Shown here in pieces: positions 63,555 to 64,000 of a stretch of DNA of 64,000 nucleotides. The DNA comes from Camelus dromedarius (Eukaryota), in the NCBI RefSeq assembly GCF_036321535.1, contig NC_087436.1:43030001-43094000 (forward strand). Direction: 5' to 3'. The notes under the pieces are model-generated. The model was given only the letters and a program-made list of their open reading frames with translations. It was not told the DNA's origin and did not search any database. Numbering within the stretch: position 1 is the stretch's first letter; each line of letters begins with the position of its first letter. Both the position numbers and the translations under genes were made by a program.

Positions 63555-63977
63555 CAATGAAATTTTGCCATTTGCAACAACATAGATGACTTAAAGGGTA
63601 TTATGCTAAGTGAAATCAGCCAGACAGAGAAAGACAAATACTGTGTGATATCCCTTATATGTGGAATCTAAAAAATACAACAAACTAGTGAATATAACAA
63701 AAAAGAAACAGACTCACGGATATAGAAAATAAACTAGTGGTTTCCAGTGGGGGAGGGGCAAGAGAGGGGTAGAGGATTAAGAGGAACAAACTATTATGTA
63801 TAAAATAAGCTACATGGATATATTGTACAGCACAGAGACTATAGCCAATATTTTATAATAACTATAAATGGAGTATAACCTTTAAAATTGTGAATCACTA
63901 TATTGTACATTTGTAACATAATATTATACATCAACTGTATAAAAATTCTGAAAATCTTACTAAAATTAAAAAAAAAA
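63555..63977 (+). mobile_element. L1 3' end fragment with A-tail
   Basis: aatgaaattttgccatttgcaacaacatagatg...ggtattatgctaagtgaaatcagccagacagagaaagacaaatactg...aaaaaaaaaa. Confidence 0.88.
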
Positions 63978-64000
63978 CAACCCTAGTTGGGGGGTGTGGC

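Noticed and set aside
46000..64000. Search for ANK2 terminal exons or processed pseudogenes
   Set aside because: I recognised no coding homology in the ORF track or sequence. The neighbouring gene probably lies beyond the window.

Overview
Mammalian genomic DNA with no prokaryotic features. It contains the 3' end of CAMK2D (CaMKII delta, + strand): a hub/association-domain exon at 8372-8600, a cassette exon for the delta-specific 21-aa tail at 10396-10491, and a terminal 3'UTR exon from 11664 to about 13655. About 50 kb of repeat-rich intergenic DNA follows. Repeats include a near full-length antisense intronic L1, several nested L1s (one a three-level nest with a surviving TSD), L2, MIR, MaLR/ERVL/ERV1 LTRs and Tigger DNA transposons. 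The L1 3' ends look cetartiodactyl, and I saw no Alu, B1, CHR, Bov-tA or PRE1 SINEs, which suggests a camelid (inference). Most ORF-track entries are L1 fragments or chance ORFs. I found no convincing new gene system. The best leads are: (1) an orphan CpG-rich, promoter-like island with an inverted NRF1 motif pair, an E-box, a 12-bp minisatellite and a nearby strong CTCF motif (60.3-62.4 kb); (2) three-way CAMK2D C-terminal splicing with different predicted NMD fates; (3) two independent insertions at the same homologous position of L1 ORF2; (4) several template-switch mutation fossils. Repeat subfamily names and comparisons to human come from memory, and repeat boundaries are approximate unless a TSD or TIR is given.
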